A stretch of 61,944 nt of DNA, filler included. It is 4 parts of 4 records of this genome, joined end to end, with 100 filler letters (N's around TTAATTAATTAA, not from the genome) between each part and the next. Parts side by side here need not be neighbours in the genome. Positions count along the whole stretch, not along the records: positions 1 to 20,640 come from DRR723986_814; positions 20,741 to 31,587 come from DRR723986_819; 2 more parts are not named here. One strand, given 5' to 3'. The notes under the pieces are model-generated. The model made no database searches, was not told where the DNA came from, and saw only the letters and a list, made by a program, of their open reading frames with translations. This document shows, piece by piece, positions 18,763 through 28,776 of the stretch. Position 1 is the stretch's first letter. Each line of letters starts with the position of its first letter. Made by a program: the position numbers and the translations under genes.

Positions 18763-19952
18763 TGACCCTCACGACCCCCGCAGACACCCCCGAAGGCCGC
18801 ATCGGCGCGGTCAGCGACACGCCCGAGGCGCCGGTGGGCGAGGTCGATCCGCGTATCGATCACAGCCACGGCACCGAGAGCCAGTGGCAGCTGATACGCC
18901 GCCGTTTCGCGAAGCACCGGCTTGCTGTTGTCAGCCTCTGGGTGCTGGGCTTCTTCGTCTTCATCGCGGCCTTCGCCGGTTTCGTGGCTCCAAACGATCC
19001 CGGTGACGTTCAGGCGCGCTACACCTACGCGCCGCCGCAGGCGTTGCATTTCATCGACCGGTCCGAGGAAGGCTGGTCGATCCGGCCTTACGTCTACGGC
19101 TACAAGGTCGAGATCGAGCCAGAGGCCCTGCGCCGCACCTTCGTGATCGACGAAGAAAAGAAGATCTATCTCAGCTTCTTCAAGCGCGACTGGGAGTACA
19201 AGCTATTCGGGCTGATCCCGACCGACATCCACCTTCTGGCGCCCGAGCGCAGCCGCGATCCCTTCTACCTCTTCGGCGCCGACCGTCTCGGACGCGACAT
19301 GTTCTCGCGCCTTGTCTATGGCACGCAGATCTCGCTTTCTGTTGGCCTTGTCGGTGTCATCATGAGCCTTGTGCTCGGTGTCATCATCGGCGGCGCCGCA
19401 GGCTACTTCGGCGGCTGGTTTGACGCCGTGACCCAGCGCACCATCGAGTTTCTGCGTTCTTTGCCCACCATCCCGCTCTGGATGGGGCTTGCTGCGGCGA
19501 TGCCCTCGGACTGGTCACCCATCCAGACCTATTTTGCCATCACGCTGATCCTGTCCTTTCTTGGCTGGACCGAACTGGCCCGGGTGGTGCGGGGCCGCTT
19601 CCTCGCGCTGAACGGCGAAGACTACGTTGCCGCGGCACGTTATGACGGCTGCTCGCACCTGCGCGTCATCGTTCGCCACATGGTGCCGGCCTTCACCAGC
19701 CACATCATCACTGCCGCCTCACTGGCCGTGCCGGCGATGATCCTGGCGGAAACCGCCCTGTCGTTCCTCGGCCTCGGCCTGCAAGCGCCGGTGATTTCCT
19801 GGGGTGTACTGCTGCAGGAGGCGCAGAACATCCGGACGCTGGCCACCGCGCCCTGGCTGCTTCTGCCCGGGGCCGCCATCGTGATCGCCGTGCTGGCGAT
19901 GAACTTCATCGGTGACGGGCTGCGCGACGCCGCAGACCCCTATGCGAAGTGA
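18762..19952 (+). CDS. ABC transporter permease (DppC/OppC-like)
   Basis: GADRLGRDMFSRLVYGTQISL, ETALSFLGLG and GDGLRDAADP. Start at MTLTT overlaps the previous stop. Confidence 0.94.
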   Translation: MTLTTPADTPEGRIGAVSDTPEAPVGEVDPRIDHSHGTESQWQLIRRRFAKHRLAVVSLWVLGFFVFIAAFAGFVAPNDPGDVQARYTYAPPQALHFIDRSEEGWSIRPYVYGYKVEIEPEALRRTFVIDEEKKIYLSFFKRDWEYKLFGLIPTDIHLLAPERSRDPFYLFGADRLGRDMFSRLVYGTQISLSVGLVGVIMSLVLGVIIGGAAGYFGGWFDAVTQRTIEFLRSLPTIPLWMGLAAAMPSDWSPIQTYFAITLILSFLGWTELARVVRGRFLALNGEDYVAAARYDGCSHLRVIVRHMVPAFTSHIITAASLAVPAMILAETALSFLGLGLQAPVISWGVLLQEAQNIRTLATAPWLLLPGAAIVIAVLAMNFIGDGLRDAADPYAK

Positions 19953-19962
19953 GGAGACAGCC

Positions 19963-20640
19963 ATGAACGACACCGTTCTCGAAGTCCGCGGCCTCTCGGT
20001 GGCCTTCCCCCACCGCAAGGGCGAGACCACGGCAATTTCCGACGTCAGCTTCGACCTGCGTTTGGGCGAGACCACTTGTTTCGTCGGCGAATCCGGCTCC
20101 GGCAAGTCGGTGACCGCGCGGGCGGTGCTGAATATCGTCGAGCCGGCGGTGATCAAGGCAGGCGCCATCAACCTCGTCGACGTGAAGGCGGGCCAGAGGG
20201 TGGAGCTTTCCGGCCTCGACCCCGACGGCGCCGAGATCCGCGCCGTGCGGGGCGCCCGCATCGCCATGATCTTTCAGGAGCCGATGTCCTCGCTCAGCCC
20301 CGTCCACACCATCGGGCAACAGATCATCGAGGCGATCCTGCTGCACCAGAACGTGACCCCGGCCGTGGCGCGCGACAAGGCAATCGATGCCCTGCGCGCC
20401 GTGCATATCGCCAACCCGGAAGAGGCGATCGACAAGTATCCCTTCGAGTACTCCGGCGGGATGCGGCAGAGGGCGATGATCGCCATGGCCCTGGGCTGCG
20501 AGCCGGATATCCTGATTGCCGACGAGCCGACTACGGCGCTCGATGTGACGACCCAGGCGGAGATCCTCAAGCTGCTGAAAGGCTTGCAGGAAACCCGAGA
20601 CATGGCAGTGATGTTCATCACCCACGACATGGGCGTGGTG
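19963..20640 (+). CDS. ABC transporter ATP-binding protein (DppD-like), truncated by the contig end
   Basis: GESGSGKS, YSGGMRQR, IADEPTTALD and ITHD. Confidence 0.93.
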
Positions 20641-20740
20641 NNNNNNNNNNNNNNNNNNNNNNNNNNNNNNNNNNNNNNNNNNNNTTAATTAATTAANNNN
20701 NNNNNNNNNNNNNNNNNNNNNNNNNNNNNNNNNNNNNNNN
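20641..20740. other. Artificial contig-joining spacer
   Basis: N44-TTAATTAATTAA-N44, which gives stops in all six frames. Unrelated truncated genes lie on both sides. Confidence 0.97.
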
Positions 20741-20741
20741 C

Positions 20742-20960
20742 GACTGGCAGGTCGGCCAGACCGGCAAGGTGGTTGCTCCGGATCTCTACATTGCCTGCGG
20801 CATTTCCGGTGCCATCCAGCACCTTGCCGGCATGAAGGATTCCAAGGTGATCGTCGCGATCAACAAGGACGAGGAAGCTCCGATCTTCCAGGTCGCGGAC
20901 TATGGCCTCGTGGCGGATCTCTTCGACGTGCTGCCGGAATTGAAGGCTGCCGTCGAGTAA
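20742..20960 (+). CDS. etfA: Electron transfer flavoprotein alpha subunit, C-terminal part
   Basis: [49 protein letters not shown]. Confidence 0.95.
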   Translation, partial: DWQVGQTGKVVAPDLYIACGISGAIQHLAGMKDSKVIVAINKDEEAPIFQVADYGLVADLFDVLPELKAAVE

Positions 20961-20982
20961 CACCTGCGGCAAATTGATCACG

Positions 20983-21021
20983 GACCCCGGGGCGAATAAC
21001 AGTTTTCGCTCCGGGGTTCTT
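20983..21021 (+). terminator. Hairpin, probable terminator after etfA
   Basis: GACCCCGGGGCGAA...TTCGCTCCGGGGTT with a weak U-tract. Confidence 0.55.
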
Positions 21022-21098
21022 GCTGTTCGGCGCAAGACTTGCCAAAAATAGCCGCAACCCGTCCAATCGGGATGTTTTCTAAAGATCGGATTTTCAGG

Positions 21099-21980
21099 AT
21101 GGCAGTCGAAATCAAGAAAGTCGGCGTAATCGGCGCTGGTCAGATGGGCAGCGGCATTGCGCATGTGTGTGCACTTGCGGGCTTCGACGTGGGATTGAGC
21201 GATCTCTCCATGGAACGGATCGAATCCGGCCTGGCTTCGATCAACGGCAACCTGGCGCGCCAGGTGTCCAAGTCCATGATCACCGAGGAAGAGCGCAACG
21301 CGGCGCTGGATCGCATCAAGGCAGCCGAAGATCTCGATCTTCTGCGTGATGCAGACCTGGTGATTGAATCCGCCGTCGAGAACGAGCAGGTCAAACGCAA
21401 GATCTTTTCGCAGCTTTGCCCGATCCTGAAGCCCGAAGCGATCCTGGCGACCAACACTTCGTCGATCTCGATCACGCGTCTTGCCGCTTCGACCGATCGT
21501 CCGGAACGCTTTATCGGCATCCACTTCATGAACCCGGTACCGGTCATGGAACTGGTCGAGCTGGTACGCGGCATAGCCACGGAAGACGAGACTTTCGAAG
21601 CCTCGAAAGGGTTCTGCGTCCGTCTCGGCAAGCAGATTGCCGTCGCAGAGGATTTCCCGGCCTTCATGGTCAACCGTATCCTTCTGCCGATGATCAACGA
21701 AGCCATCTACACGCTCTATGAAGGCGTCGGTTCTGTTGATTCCATCGACAAGGCCATGCGTCTCGGGGCCAACCATCCGATGGGGCCGCTGCAGCTTGCG
21801 GATTTCATCGGTCTCGATACCTGCCTGTCGATCATGCAGGTGCTTTACGAAGGTCTGGCGGACACCAAGTATCGTCCGTGCCCGCTGCTCGTGAAATATG
21901 TTGAAGCAGGCTGGCTCGGCCGCAAGACCCAACGCGGTTTCTATGATTACCGCGGCGAGCACCCGGTTCCGACCCGGTAA
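21099..21980 (+). CDS. hbd: 3-hydroxybutyryl-CoA dehydrogenase
   Basis: [32 protein letters not shown] and [10 protein letters not shown]; follows etfA as is common in alphaproteobacteria. Confidence 0.93.
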   Translation: MAVEIKKVGVIGAGQMGSGIAHVCALAGFDVGLSDLSMERIESGLASINGNLARQVSKSMITEEERNAALDRIKAAEDLDLLRDADLVIESAVENEQVKRKIFSQLCPILKPEAILATNTSSISITRLAASTDRPERFIGIHFMNPVPVMELVELVRGIATEDETFEASKGFCVRLGKQIAVAEDFPAFMVNRILLPMINEAIYTLYEGVGSVDSIDKAMRLGANHPMGPLQLADFIGLDTCLSIMQVLYEGLADTKYRPCPLLVKYVEAGWLGRKTQRGFYDYRGEHPVPTR

Positions 21981-22015
21981 TCGGTTCGCCAGCCACCGCA
22001 GAAGCCCCGGTAACG

Positions 22016-23506
22016 ATGAACCTAGCCCGCTATTGCCTGACCAGCGCCGCCCCGGACCCGGGCAAGACGGCGCTGGAACTGGTGGGGGCCGGTGGCGCCC
22101 TTCTGGAAACATGGAGCTATGGCTCGCTGACGCGGGCCGTTCTTTCGGTTGCCGCGGGTTTGCGCGCCACGGATCTTTCGCCCGGTGACCGTATCCTTCT
22201 CAGGATCGGTCACTCCAGTGATTTTCCGCTGGCGTTCTTCGGGGCGATTGCGGGTGGTTTCGTGCCGATCCCGACGTCTTCCCAACTTACTGCGTCGGAA
22301 GCTGACGCGATCCTGGCCGATAGCGGGGCCCGGATGGTGCTTCACGACGGACATACTGTGCTGCCGAACGCGGGCAGCGCGACGTTGCTGGGTCCAGAGG
22401 CCTTGGTCGAACTGAAGCAGGCAGAGCCGGGAGACTTTGCGGAGACCCAAGCTGACGACCCGGCTTTTCTTGTCTATACGTCCGGTACCAGCGGCACGCC
22501 GAAGGGCGTCCTGCATGCGCAGCGCGCCGCCAGTGCGCGCCGGCCCATGTATTCCGGCTGGTATGGCATAGGTGCTTCCGACCGGCTGCTTCATGCCGGA
22601 GCGTTCAACTGGACCTATACTCTGGGTGCCGGCTTGATGGACCCCTGGGCCAATGGCGCGACCAGTGTTGTTTATGACGGGCCTCGAGACCCGGACCTCT
22701 GGCCGGACCTGATGACAGACACAAGGGCGACGCTGTTTGCCGCCGTGCCCAGTCTCTACCGGCGTATCCTGAAGTATGGTGCTGTTAAGCCCGCCTCCTT
22801 TCCCGATCTTCGCCACGGCCTGACGGCCGGAGAAGCGCTTCCGGCAAGTCTTTATCGGGAGTGGAGGGAACGCACGGGCCGCGAACTTTATGAAGCGCTC
22901 GGCATGAGCGAGATCTCCACCTATCTCTCCAGCAGCCCCAGCGTTCCGGTAAAGCCGGGTTCCCCGGGCAAACCCCAGGAAGGCCGGAAGGTTTCCATTC
23001 TCAGCGAGTTGGATGACACGCCGGTGCCGGTGTCCGGAACGGAGACAGGGCTTCTGGCTGTTCACAGGGATGAACCGGGCCTGATGCTGGGATATTGGAA
23101 CCGTGCCGAGGAAACAGCGGCCGCATTCAGGGGCGACTGGTTCCTGACCGGCGACAGGGCGCGTACGGATGAAGACGGCTATTTCTGGTACGAAGGCCGT
23201 GCTGACGATCTGATGAACGCTTTCGGCTACAGGGTCGCTCCGGAAGAAGTGGAGCGGGTGCTGGCAGCGGACCCGCAGGTGCAGGAAGTGGCCGTGACGG
23301 CGGTGCCTGCGCGCGAAGGTGTCAGCCTGATAACGGCCTTCGTGGTGCCGGCCCTCCCCGGGCAGCTGGATGCCGACAGTCTTGCCGCTCATGCGGCAGA
23401 AAACCTGGCGGAATACAAGCGTCCCAAGGTTTACAAGGTGCTGGAACAGTTGCCACGCACACCGTCCGGCAAGGTCCGGCGCAGTGTCTTGCGGGAGGGG
23501 CTCTGA
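22016..23506 (+). CDS. Acyl-CoA synthetase / AMP-binding enzyme
   Basis: YTSGTSGTPKG, TGD, GRADD and LPRTPSGKV. Confidence 0.92.
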   Translation: MNLARYCLTSAAPDPGKTALELVGAGGALLETWSYGSLTRAVLSVAAGLRATDLSPGDRILLRIGHSSDFPLAFFGAIAGGFVPIPTSSQLTASEADAILADSGARMVLHDGHTVLPNAGSATLLGPEALVELKQAEPGDFAETQADDPAFLVYTSGTSGTPKGVLHAQRAASARRPMYSGWYGIGASDRLLHAGAFNWTYTLGAGLMDPWANGATSVVYDGPRDPDLWPDLMTDTRATLFAAVPSLYRRILKYGAVKPASFPDLRHGLTAGEALPASLYREWRERTGRELYEALGMSEISTYLSSSPSVPVKPGSPGKPQEGRKVSILSELDDTPVPVSGTETGLLAVHRDEPGLMLGYWNRAEETAAAFRGDWFLTGDRARTDEDGYFWYEGRADDLMNAFGYRVAPEEVERVLAADPQVQEVAVTAVPAREGVSLITAFVVPALPGQLDADSLAAHAAENLAEYKRPKVYKVLEQLPRTPSGKVRRSVLREGL

Positions 23507-23511
23507 CATTC

Positions 23512-23527
23512 GTTAACACCTGATTAA
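23512..23527 (-). promoter_or_regulatory. CtrA-type binding site
   Basis: The minus strand reads TTAA-TCAGGTG-TTAAC, an exact TTAA-N7-TTAAC consensus, about 40 bp upstream of the 23565 start. Confidence 0.7.
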
Positions 23528-23564
23528 GGGTAGGGGGTTAGGGTGGCCACAACCTCAGGAGTTA

Positions 23565-23771
23565 ATGATGGACAGCGTTGGCATTGCCACGACATTCGTT
23601 GCGCAGACCCAGGCACAGACAGCCCAGACGCTTCAGACAGAGATGATGAAGATGGCCGCCCAGCAGGACGCCAATCTGGTGGCGCTGCTGCAGCAAGGGG
23701 CTGACAATCTTCAGGCTCAACAGGCCACACCACCTCCCGGTCTCGGCGGACGGGTAGACGTCAGCGCCTGA
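23565..23771 (+). CDS. Small YjfB-like (putative motility) protein, 68 aa
   Basis: AGGAG RBS, Q/A-rich helix, C-terminus PGLGGRVDVSA and its own terminator. Confidence 0.75.
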   Translation: MMDSVGIATTFVAQTQAQTAQTLQTEMMKMAAQQDANLVALLQQGADNLQAQQATPPPGLGGRVDVSA

Positions 23772-23794
23772 TCCCGTTCCTTTGCGGTTTTGTT

Positions 23795-23831
23795 AACGGC
23801 CCGTGCGGATTGGCCCCGCACGGGCCGTTTT
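23795..23831 (+). terminator. Rho-independent terminator
   Basis: 14-bp perfect stem AACGGCCCGTGCGG / CCGCACGGGCCGTT with a 7-nt loop, ending in Ts. Confidence 0.8.
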
Positions 23832-24071
23832 CGTTGCTCCGCCGGGTGTCTTTTTTCGGGTGAAGCCTGAAAAGCACTTCTCGAAAGATGCTTCTGAAAG
23901 TTCCTATCTTTCAGATGCTTATCCATAATTACGTAAAGTTTTAAGAAAAATATTCTGATCAATTCAGTAATTGAGTCAGCAACTCTGAGAGTTGTTTTGG
24001 AAATTTACCTTTGAATTCAGGTATTTCATACAAGATGAAGTTTGAAATCGTATCCAAGGATTGGAACGACC

Positions 24072-24332
24072 ATGCCTGAAGCAATAGGATATGGAGCATC
24101 CCAGGCGTATCAGCCGAACCAGGCCAACACGCGTGCGGGCCAGGTTGCAGAACAAGCCGAAGCGTTCAAGACCAAACGCTCCGAAGCTGCAGCCGTGATT
24201 GCGCAACGCCAGGCGAGTTTCAGCACGAACCGGGCAGAATTCCTGAGCCGGCAAGCTGAGCAACTGGAAAATCGCGCGGAAACGCGTCGGCTGGAAGATG
24301 GTGTCGGATTACAGGTTAACATCCTGGCCTGA
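24072..24332 (+). CDS. Small hypothetical protein, 86 aa, with YjfB-like C-terminus
   Basis: Helical Q/A/E/R-rich ORF ending DGVGLQVNILA, downstream of an AT-rich region. Confidence 0.65.
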   Translation: MPEAIGYGASQAYQPNQANTRAGQVAEQAEAFKTKRSEAAAVIAQRQASFSTNRAEFLSRQAEQLENRAETRRLEDGVGLQVNILA

Positions 24333-24468
24333 TGTGACGCATCTTCCGGATAAGCCGACTGGAAGCGTAAGACGAACGAACAAAAAGCCGAGTTGCCCGA
24401 TTGCAAGGATGACGGGTGACCAACGGCTGCGGACAAGCCTCATCACCACGGCGAAGGAGTAACCCATC

Positions 24469-24681
24469 ATGCCGAGTGCTATCGACAGTTCCTCTTCCTC
24501 GGCCGCCTACAGCGCTGCAAGTGTTCGCAGCGAACTTGCTGCCAATGCGGTAAAGGACCAGAACCAGCAGGAACGCCAGGTTGCCGAGCGGCTGGAGCAG
24601 GCCCAGGCAACTCAGGAAGAAGACCGGCGCGAGTCGCGCCGCATTCCAGGTCTGGGCAACGCGGTCGACATCAGCGTCTGA
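24469..24681 (+). CDS. Small hypothetical protein, 70 aa, with YjfB-like C-terminus
   Basis: AAGGAG RBS, Ser-rich N-terminus, ends PGLGNAVDISV. Confidence 0.72.
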   Translation: MPSAIDSSSSSAAYSAASVRSELAANAVKDQNQQERQVAERLEQAQATQEEDRRESRRIPGLGNAVDISV

Positions 24682-24752
24682 TCCGGCGGAGGGTCACCTC
24701 CACCGGCTTCGAAAGGTCTGATGATCTTGATATTTCTGGCGCCAGCCGGACG

Positions 24753-25415
24753 TCAGGCGTCCGGGGCCGCCATTGCGTTTTTAATAAGTGCCTTGGCCTC
24801 GCCGGAGGCCCATTCGGCAGGGCCGTACATGGTGCCGATCTCGCAGCCCTTCGGGCTAACCAGAATGGTTGTCGGCAAACCGGTTGCCCGCGCAACCTTG
24901 CGCAGGTCCTTCAGAAGATCGTTCGAACTGTCCTGATAGAAGGTGAGATTGCCGACGCCGATCTCGTTCAAAAAGTCTTTCGGCTTTTCCGGTCCGCCCC
25001 GGTCGAGATTGACCGCAACCACCTCGAAATTGTCGTCTCCCATCTCCGCCTGCAGCTCGTCCAGGGCCGGCATTTCCTTGCGGCACGGGGCGCACCATGT
25101 TGCCCAGAGATTGAGGAGCACTGTCTTGCCGCCGAAGTCCGACAGCGCCATCTGCTGGTCGTCAGGCCCCTTGAAGGTCAGGTGCTGAAGGTCCAGCGGA
25201 GCGCTTGCCGGAAGGAAGGCGGCTACTTCTCCAGTGGCAAATGGCTTGGCCGCCGCCGCAAAATCGAGCGCAGCCGAACAGCTTTGCGCACCGGCGATGT
25301 TGCCATTCGGTCCAGCGATCACGTATAGAGCCGCTACGGCGGCCACTGCACCCGCAAGCCCGGCGGCAACAATGCCGCGTCTGTTGGTTTTCGCTGGTTC
25401 GGTTGGCTTTGTCAT
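24753..25415 (-). CDS. tlpA: TlpA-family thiol:disulfide oxidoreductase
   Basis: N-terminal membrane anchor, [15 protein letters not shown] and GLPTT; divergent from argH. Confidence 0.92.
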   Translation of the reverse strand: MTKPTEPAKTNRRGIVAAGLAGAVAAVAALYVIAGPNGNIAGAQSCSAALDFAAAAKPFATGEVAAFLPASAPLDLQHLTFKGPDDQQMALSDFGGKTVLLNLWATWCAPCRKEMPALDELQAEMGDDNFEVVAVNLDRGGPEKPKDFLNEIGVGNLTFYQDSSNDLLKDLRKVARATGLPTTILVSPKGCEIGTMYGPAEWASGEAKALIKNAMAAPDA

Positions 25416-25457
25416 TCGTTCACACCCCGCAAGGGGGCGCCTTCTAAGGGACAGGAC

Positions 25458-26843
25458 ATGAGCAATCGCATGTGGGGAGGCCGGTTCGCTGAGGGACCGG
25501 ACGCCATCATGGAGGAGATCAACGCCTCCATCGACTTCGACCGGAAGCTATATAAGCAGGACATCGACGGCTCGAAAGCCCATGTGCGCATGCTCGCGGA
25601 AAAAGACATTGTGACGCGGGACGATGCCGACAAGATCGTTCAAGGTCTAGACACAATCCTGTCAGAGATCGAAAGCGGCAAATTCAAGTTTTCCCGCGCG
25701 CTTGAAGACATCCACATGAACATCGAGGCGCGCCTTGCCGAGCTGATCGGCCCGGCTGCCGGACGCCTGCACACGGCGCGCTCACGCAACGACCAGGTGG
25801 CGACCGATTTCCGCCTGTGGGTGCGCGACACGCTCGATACGCTCGACGACCAGCTGGGTGAGCTGATGCAGGCCCTGGCGGAAAAGGCGGAAACCCATGC
25901 CGCCGACGTCATGCCCGGGTTCACGCACCTGCAGTCGGCCCAGCCGGTGACCTTCGGGCACCACATGCTGGCCTACGTCGAAATGTTCGGCCGCGACCGG
26001 GGCCGGGTACGCGATGCGCGCAAGCGCATGAATGAGTGCCCTCTTGGTGCAGCGGCGCTAGCCGGCACGTCCTTCCCGATCGACCGGCACATGACCGCCA
26101 AGGCGCTCGGTTTCGACCGTCCGTCTGCCAATTCGCTCGATGCCGTTTCCGACCGTGATTTCGTCATCGAGGCGCTGGCGACGGCATCTCTCACCGCCAT
26201 GCATCTGTCGCGCCTTGCCGAGGAAATCGTCATCTGGTGCTCGGCGCAGTTCGGATTCGTGAAACTGTCGGACAAGTTTTCGACCGGTTCGTCGATCATG
26301 CCGCAGAAGAAGAACCCGGATGCGGCGGAACTGGTGCGTGCCAAGTCGGGCCGCATCTACGGTTCACTGCAAGCGCTTCTGGTGATGATGAAGGGCCTGC
26401 CGCTTGCCTATTCCAAGGATATGCAGGAAGACAAGGAGCAGGCTTTCGACGGACTGGCCAGCGTTTCCCTGGCTCTTGCGGCCATGACCGGCATGATCCG
26501 CGATCTGGAACCTGTCACCAAGGCGCTGAAGAAGGCCGCGGGCTCGGGCTATTCGACTGCAACGGACCTCGCCGACTGGCTGGTTCGCGTTCTCGGTCTG
26601 CCGTTCCGCGACGCCCACCATGTAACCGGACGCATCGTGGCGATTGCCGTCGAGAAGGGCATCGAACTGCACAAGGTTTCGCTGGAAGAGATGCAGGCGG
26701 TGGAGCCGAAGATCACCAACGAGATCTTCCAGGTGCTGTCCGTCGACAAATCCGTACGCAGCCGAACCAGCTATGGCGGCACGTCGCCGGTAAACGTACG
26801 CAAGCAGGCACGCCGCTGGCTGAAAGAGCTGGCCAAGGCCTGA
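25458..26843 (+). CDS. argH: Argininosuccinate lyase
   Basis: [16 protein letters not shown] and [14 protein letters not shown]. Confidence 0.98.
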   Translation: MSNRMWGGRFAEGPDAIMEEINASIDFDRKLYKQDIDGSKAHVRMLAEKDIVTRDDADKIVQGLDTILSEIESGKFKFSRALEDIHMNIEARLAELIGPAAGRLHTARSRNDQVATDFRLWVRDTLDTLDDQLGELMQALAEKAETHAADVMPGFTHLQSAQPVTFGHHMLAYVEMFGRDRGRVRDARKRMNECPLGAAALAGTSFPIDRHMTAKALGFDRPSANSLDAVSDRDFVIEALATASLTAMHLSRLAEEIVIWCSAQFGFVKLSDKFSTGSSIMPQKKNPDAAELVRAKSGRIYGSLQALLVMMKGLPLAYSKDMQEDKEQAFDGLASVSLALAAMTGMIRDLEPVTKALKKAAGSGYSTATDLADWLVRVLGLPFRDAHHVTGRIVAIAVEKGIELHKVSLEEMQAVEPKITNEIFQVLSVDKSVRSRTSYGGTSPVNVRKQARRWLKELAKA

Positions 26844-27006
26844 TGGCCCATTGAAGGTCGGCTTTCCCCGCAACACACGGCGCGAACTGGTCTTGCCGAA
26901 CGCGCCGTGTCATGCGAGGAGAAGGACCGGTATGTGACTTTGTAAGAACTCCCGTGTCCGCCCGGACGCGGGGCAGTCGATCCAAAAAGGCATGATGGTG
27001 ATGACA

Positions 27007-27207
27007 ATGCGGTTCAAAACCCTGGCTCTGGTCGGTCTTTGCCTGAGCGTGACCCTGGCAGGGTGTGGCCGCAAGGGCGGGCTGGAAAACCCGGGAGCGC
27101 CTGTGCAGCAGGCGGACGCCGCGGTTGATCCCGCTGTGGCAGCACCGGTTCAGCCGGAAGCGCCGCAAAACGACAAGCCCTTTTTCCTGGATTTCATGAT
27201 CCGATAA
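27007..27207 (+). CDS. Small lipoprotein (LptM/YifL-like)
   Basis: Lipobox LAGC followed by GRKGGLE.P, directly upstream of lysA. Confidence 0.8.
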   Translation: MRFKTLALVGLCLSVTLAGCGRKGGLENPGAPVQQADAAVDPAVAAPVQPEAPQNDKPFFLDFMIR

Positions 27208-27363
27208 ACCATGCGCGCAGCGGCAGAGCCGACTGCGCATCGGAGCGAGCCGGCTCTGCCGAGGCAACCGATACGCTCCATCGTTTCAATGCCGATCAGC
27301 TTCCGCACGGTCTGGTAACACCGACCGGCCCTGAACCTGATCCAGCCGCATGAGGGCCGTCCC

Positions 27364-28638
27364 TTGCATCACTTCGATTACAAGAATGGCGAGCTGTTTG
27401 CCGAAGACGTGGCGATCGAAACGATCGCGCGTGAAGTCGGCACGCCGTTCTACTGCTATTCCACGGCAACGCTCACCCGTCACTACCAGGTGTTTGCCGC
27501 CGCATTCAGCGATATCCCGTCGCTGGTCTGCTATGCGATGAAGGCAAACTCCAACCAGGCGGTTCTGAAGACGCTTGCACAGTTGGGCGCCGGCATGGAC
27601 GTTGTGTCGGAAGGCGAATTGCGCCGTGCACGGGCAGCGGGCGTTCCCGCGTCGAAGATCGTCTTTTCCGGGGTCGGCAAGACCGAGGCCGAACAAGCCT
27701 ATGCGCTTCAGGAAGACATCTTGTGCTTCAACGTGGAGTCCGAGCCCGAGTTGCGCCAGCTGTCACGGGTCGCCACTGCGATGGGCAAGACCGCACGGGT
27801 GTCCATGCGCATCAACCCGGACGTCGATGCCAAGACCCATGCCAAGATTGCGACCGGCAAGGCCGAGAACAAGTTTGGTATTCCCTGGCAGCGTGCACGT
27901 GACGTTTATGCCGAGGCAGCGGCTCTGCCCGGTATCAAGGTCACCGGCATCGACATGCACATCGGCTCGCAGATCACGGAGCTGGAGCCTTTCGACAACG
28001 CATTTGCGCGTCTGGGCGAGCTGATCACGGATCTGCGCTCGCAAGGCCACACGATCGACCATGTCGATCTCGGTGGCGGACTGGGCATCCCCTATATCAC
28101 CGATAACAATCCGCCGCCGCATCCGGACGCTTATGCCCAGGTGGTCAAGAAGCATGTGCGCGAACTGGACTGCATGGTCATGTTCGAGCCGGGCCGCATG
28201 ATTGCCGGCAACGCCGGCATCCTGGTCACCGAAGTCGTCTATGTGAAGGAAGGCGCCGACAAGAATTTCGTCATTGTCGATGCCGCCATGAACGACCTGA
28301 TCCGTCCGACGCTTTACGAGGCCTATCATGAGGTGCGCCCGGTGCGCGAACCGGGGAAAGAAACAGACCGAATCAAGGCCGATATCGTAGGTCCGGTGTG
28401 CGAAACCGGTGATTTTCTGGCGCAGAACCGGGATATGCCCAGGGTAGAAGCCGGGGAAATGCTGGCGGTCTACTCGGCCGGCGCCTATGGCGCAGTCCAG
28501 TCCTGCACCTACAATTCGCGGCTTCTGGTGCCCGAAGTGCTCGTAAATGCAGACCAATTTGCCGTTATCCGGCCCAGGACCAGCTACGAAGACCTGCTCG
28601 GTCTGGACCGGATTCCGGACTGGCTCAAGGGTTCGTGA
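27364..28638 (+). CDS. lysA: Diaminopimelate decarboxylase
   Basis: YAMKANSN, HIGSQ, DLGGG, EPGR and GPVCETGD. TTG start. Confidence 0.97.
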   Translation: MHHFDYKNGELFAEDVAIETIAREVGTPFYCYSTATLTRHYQVFAAAFSDIPSLVCYAMKANSNQAVLKTLAQLGAGMDVVSEGELRRARAAGVPASKIVFSGVGKTEAEQAYALQEDILCFNVESEPELRQLSRVATAMGKTARVSMRINPDVDAKTHAKIATGKAENKFGIPWQRARDVYAEAAALPGIKVTGIDMHIGSQITELEPFDNAFARLGELITDLRSQGHTIDHVDLGGGLGIPYITDNNPPPHPDAYAQVVKKHVRELDCMVMFEPGRMIAGNAGILVTEVVYVKEGADKNFVIVDAAMNDLIRPTLYEAYHEVRPVREPGKETDRIKADIVGPVCETGDFLAQNRDMPRVEAGEMLAVYSAGAYGAVQSCTYNSRLLVPEVLVNADQFAVIRPRTSYEDLLGLDRIPDWLKGS

Positions 28639-28776
28639 ACAGATCGGCTGACAATTAGTTGAACCGACAGGTTGCCGGACAGCCCGCTATGCCTCACCTT
28701 ATTGTATGGTGGGCAGGTCCAGCGGGCTGCGTTTCCGGAGAAACGGGCAGTTCGGGGGGCAAAACCGGAGGTGCCA

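Noticed and set aside
20685-20696. TTAATTAATTAA as a biological repeat or CtrA-like site (also at 31632 and 51990)
   Set aside because: It is always centred between two N44 runs, which marks it as an artificial six-frame-stop linker.
22022-23509. 495-aa minus-strand ORF (similarly 15870-17300, 29938-31458 and 20685-22112)
   Set aside because: Antisense mirrors of well-supported genes.
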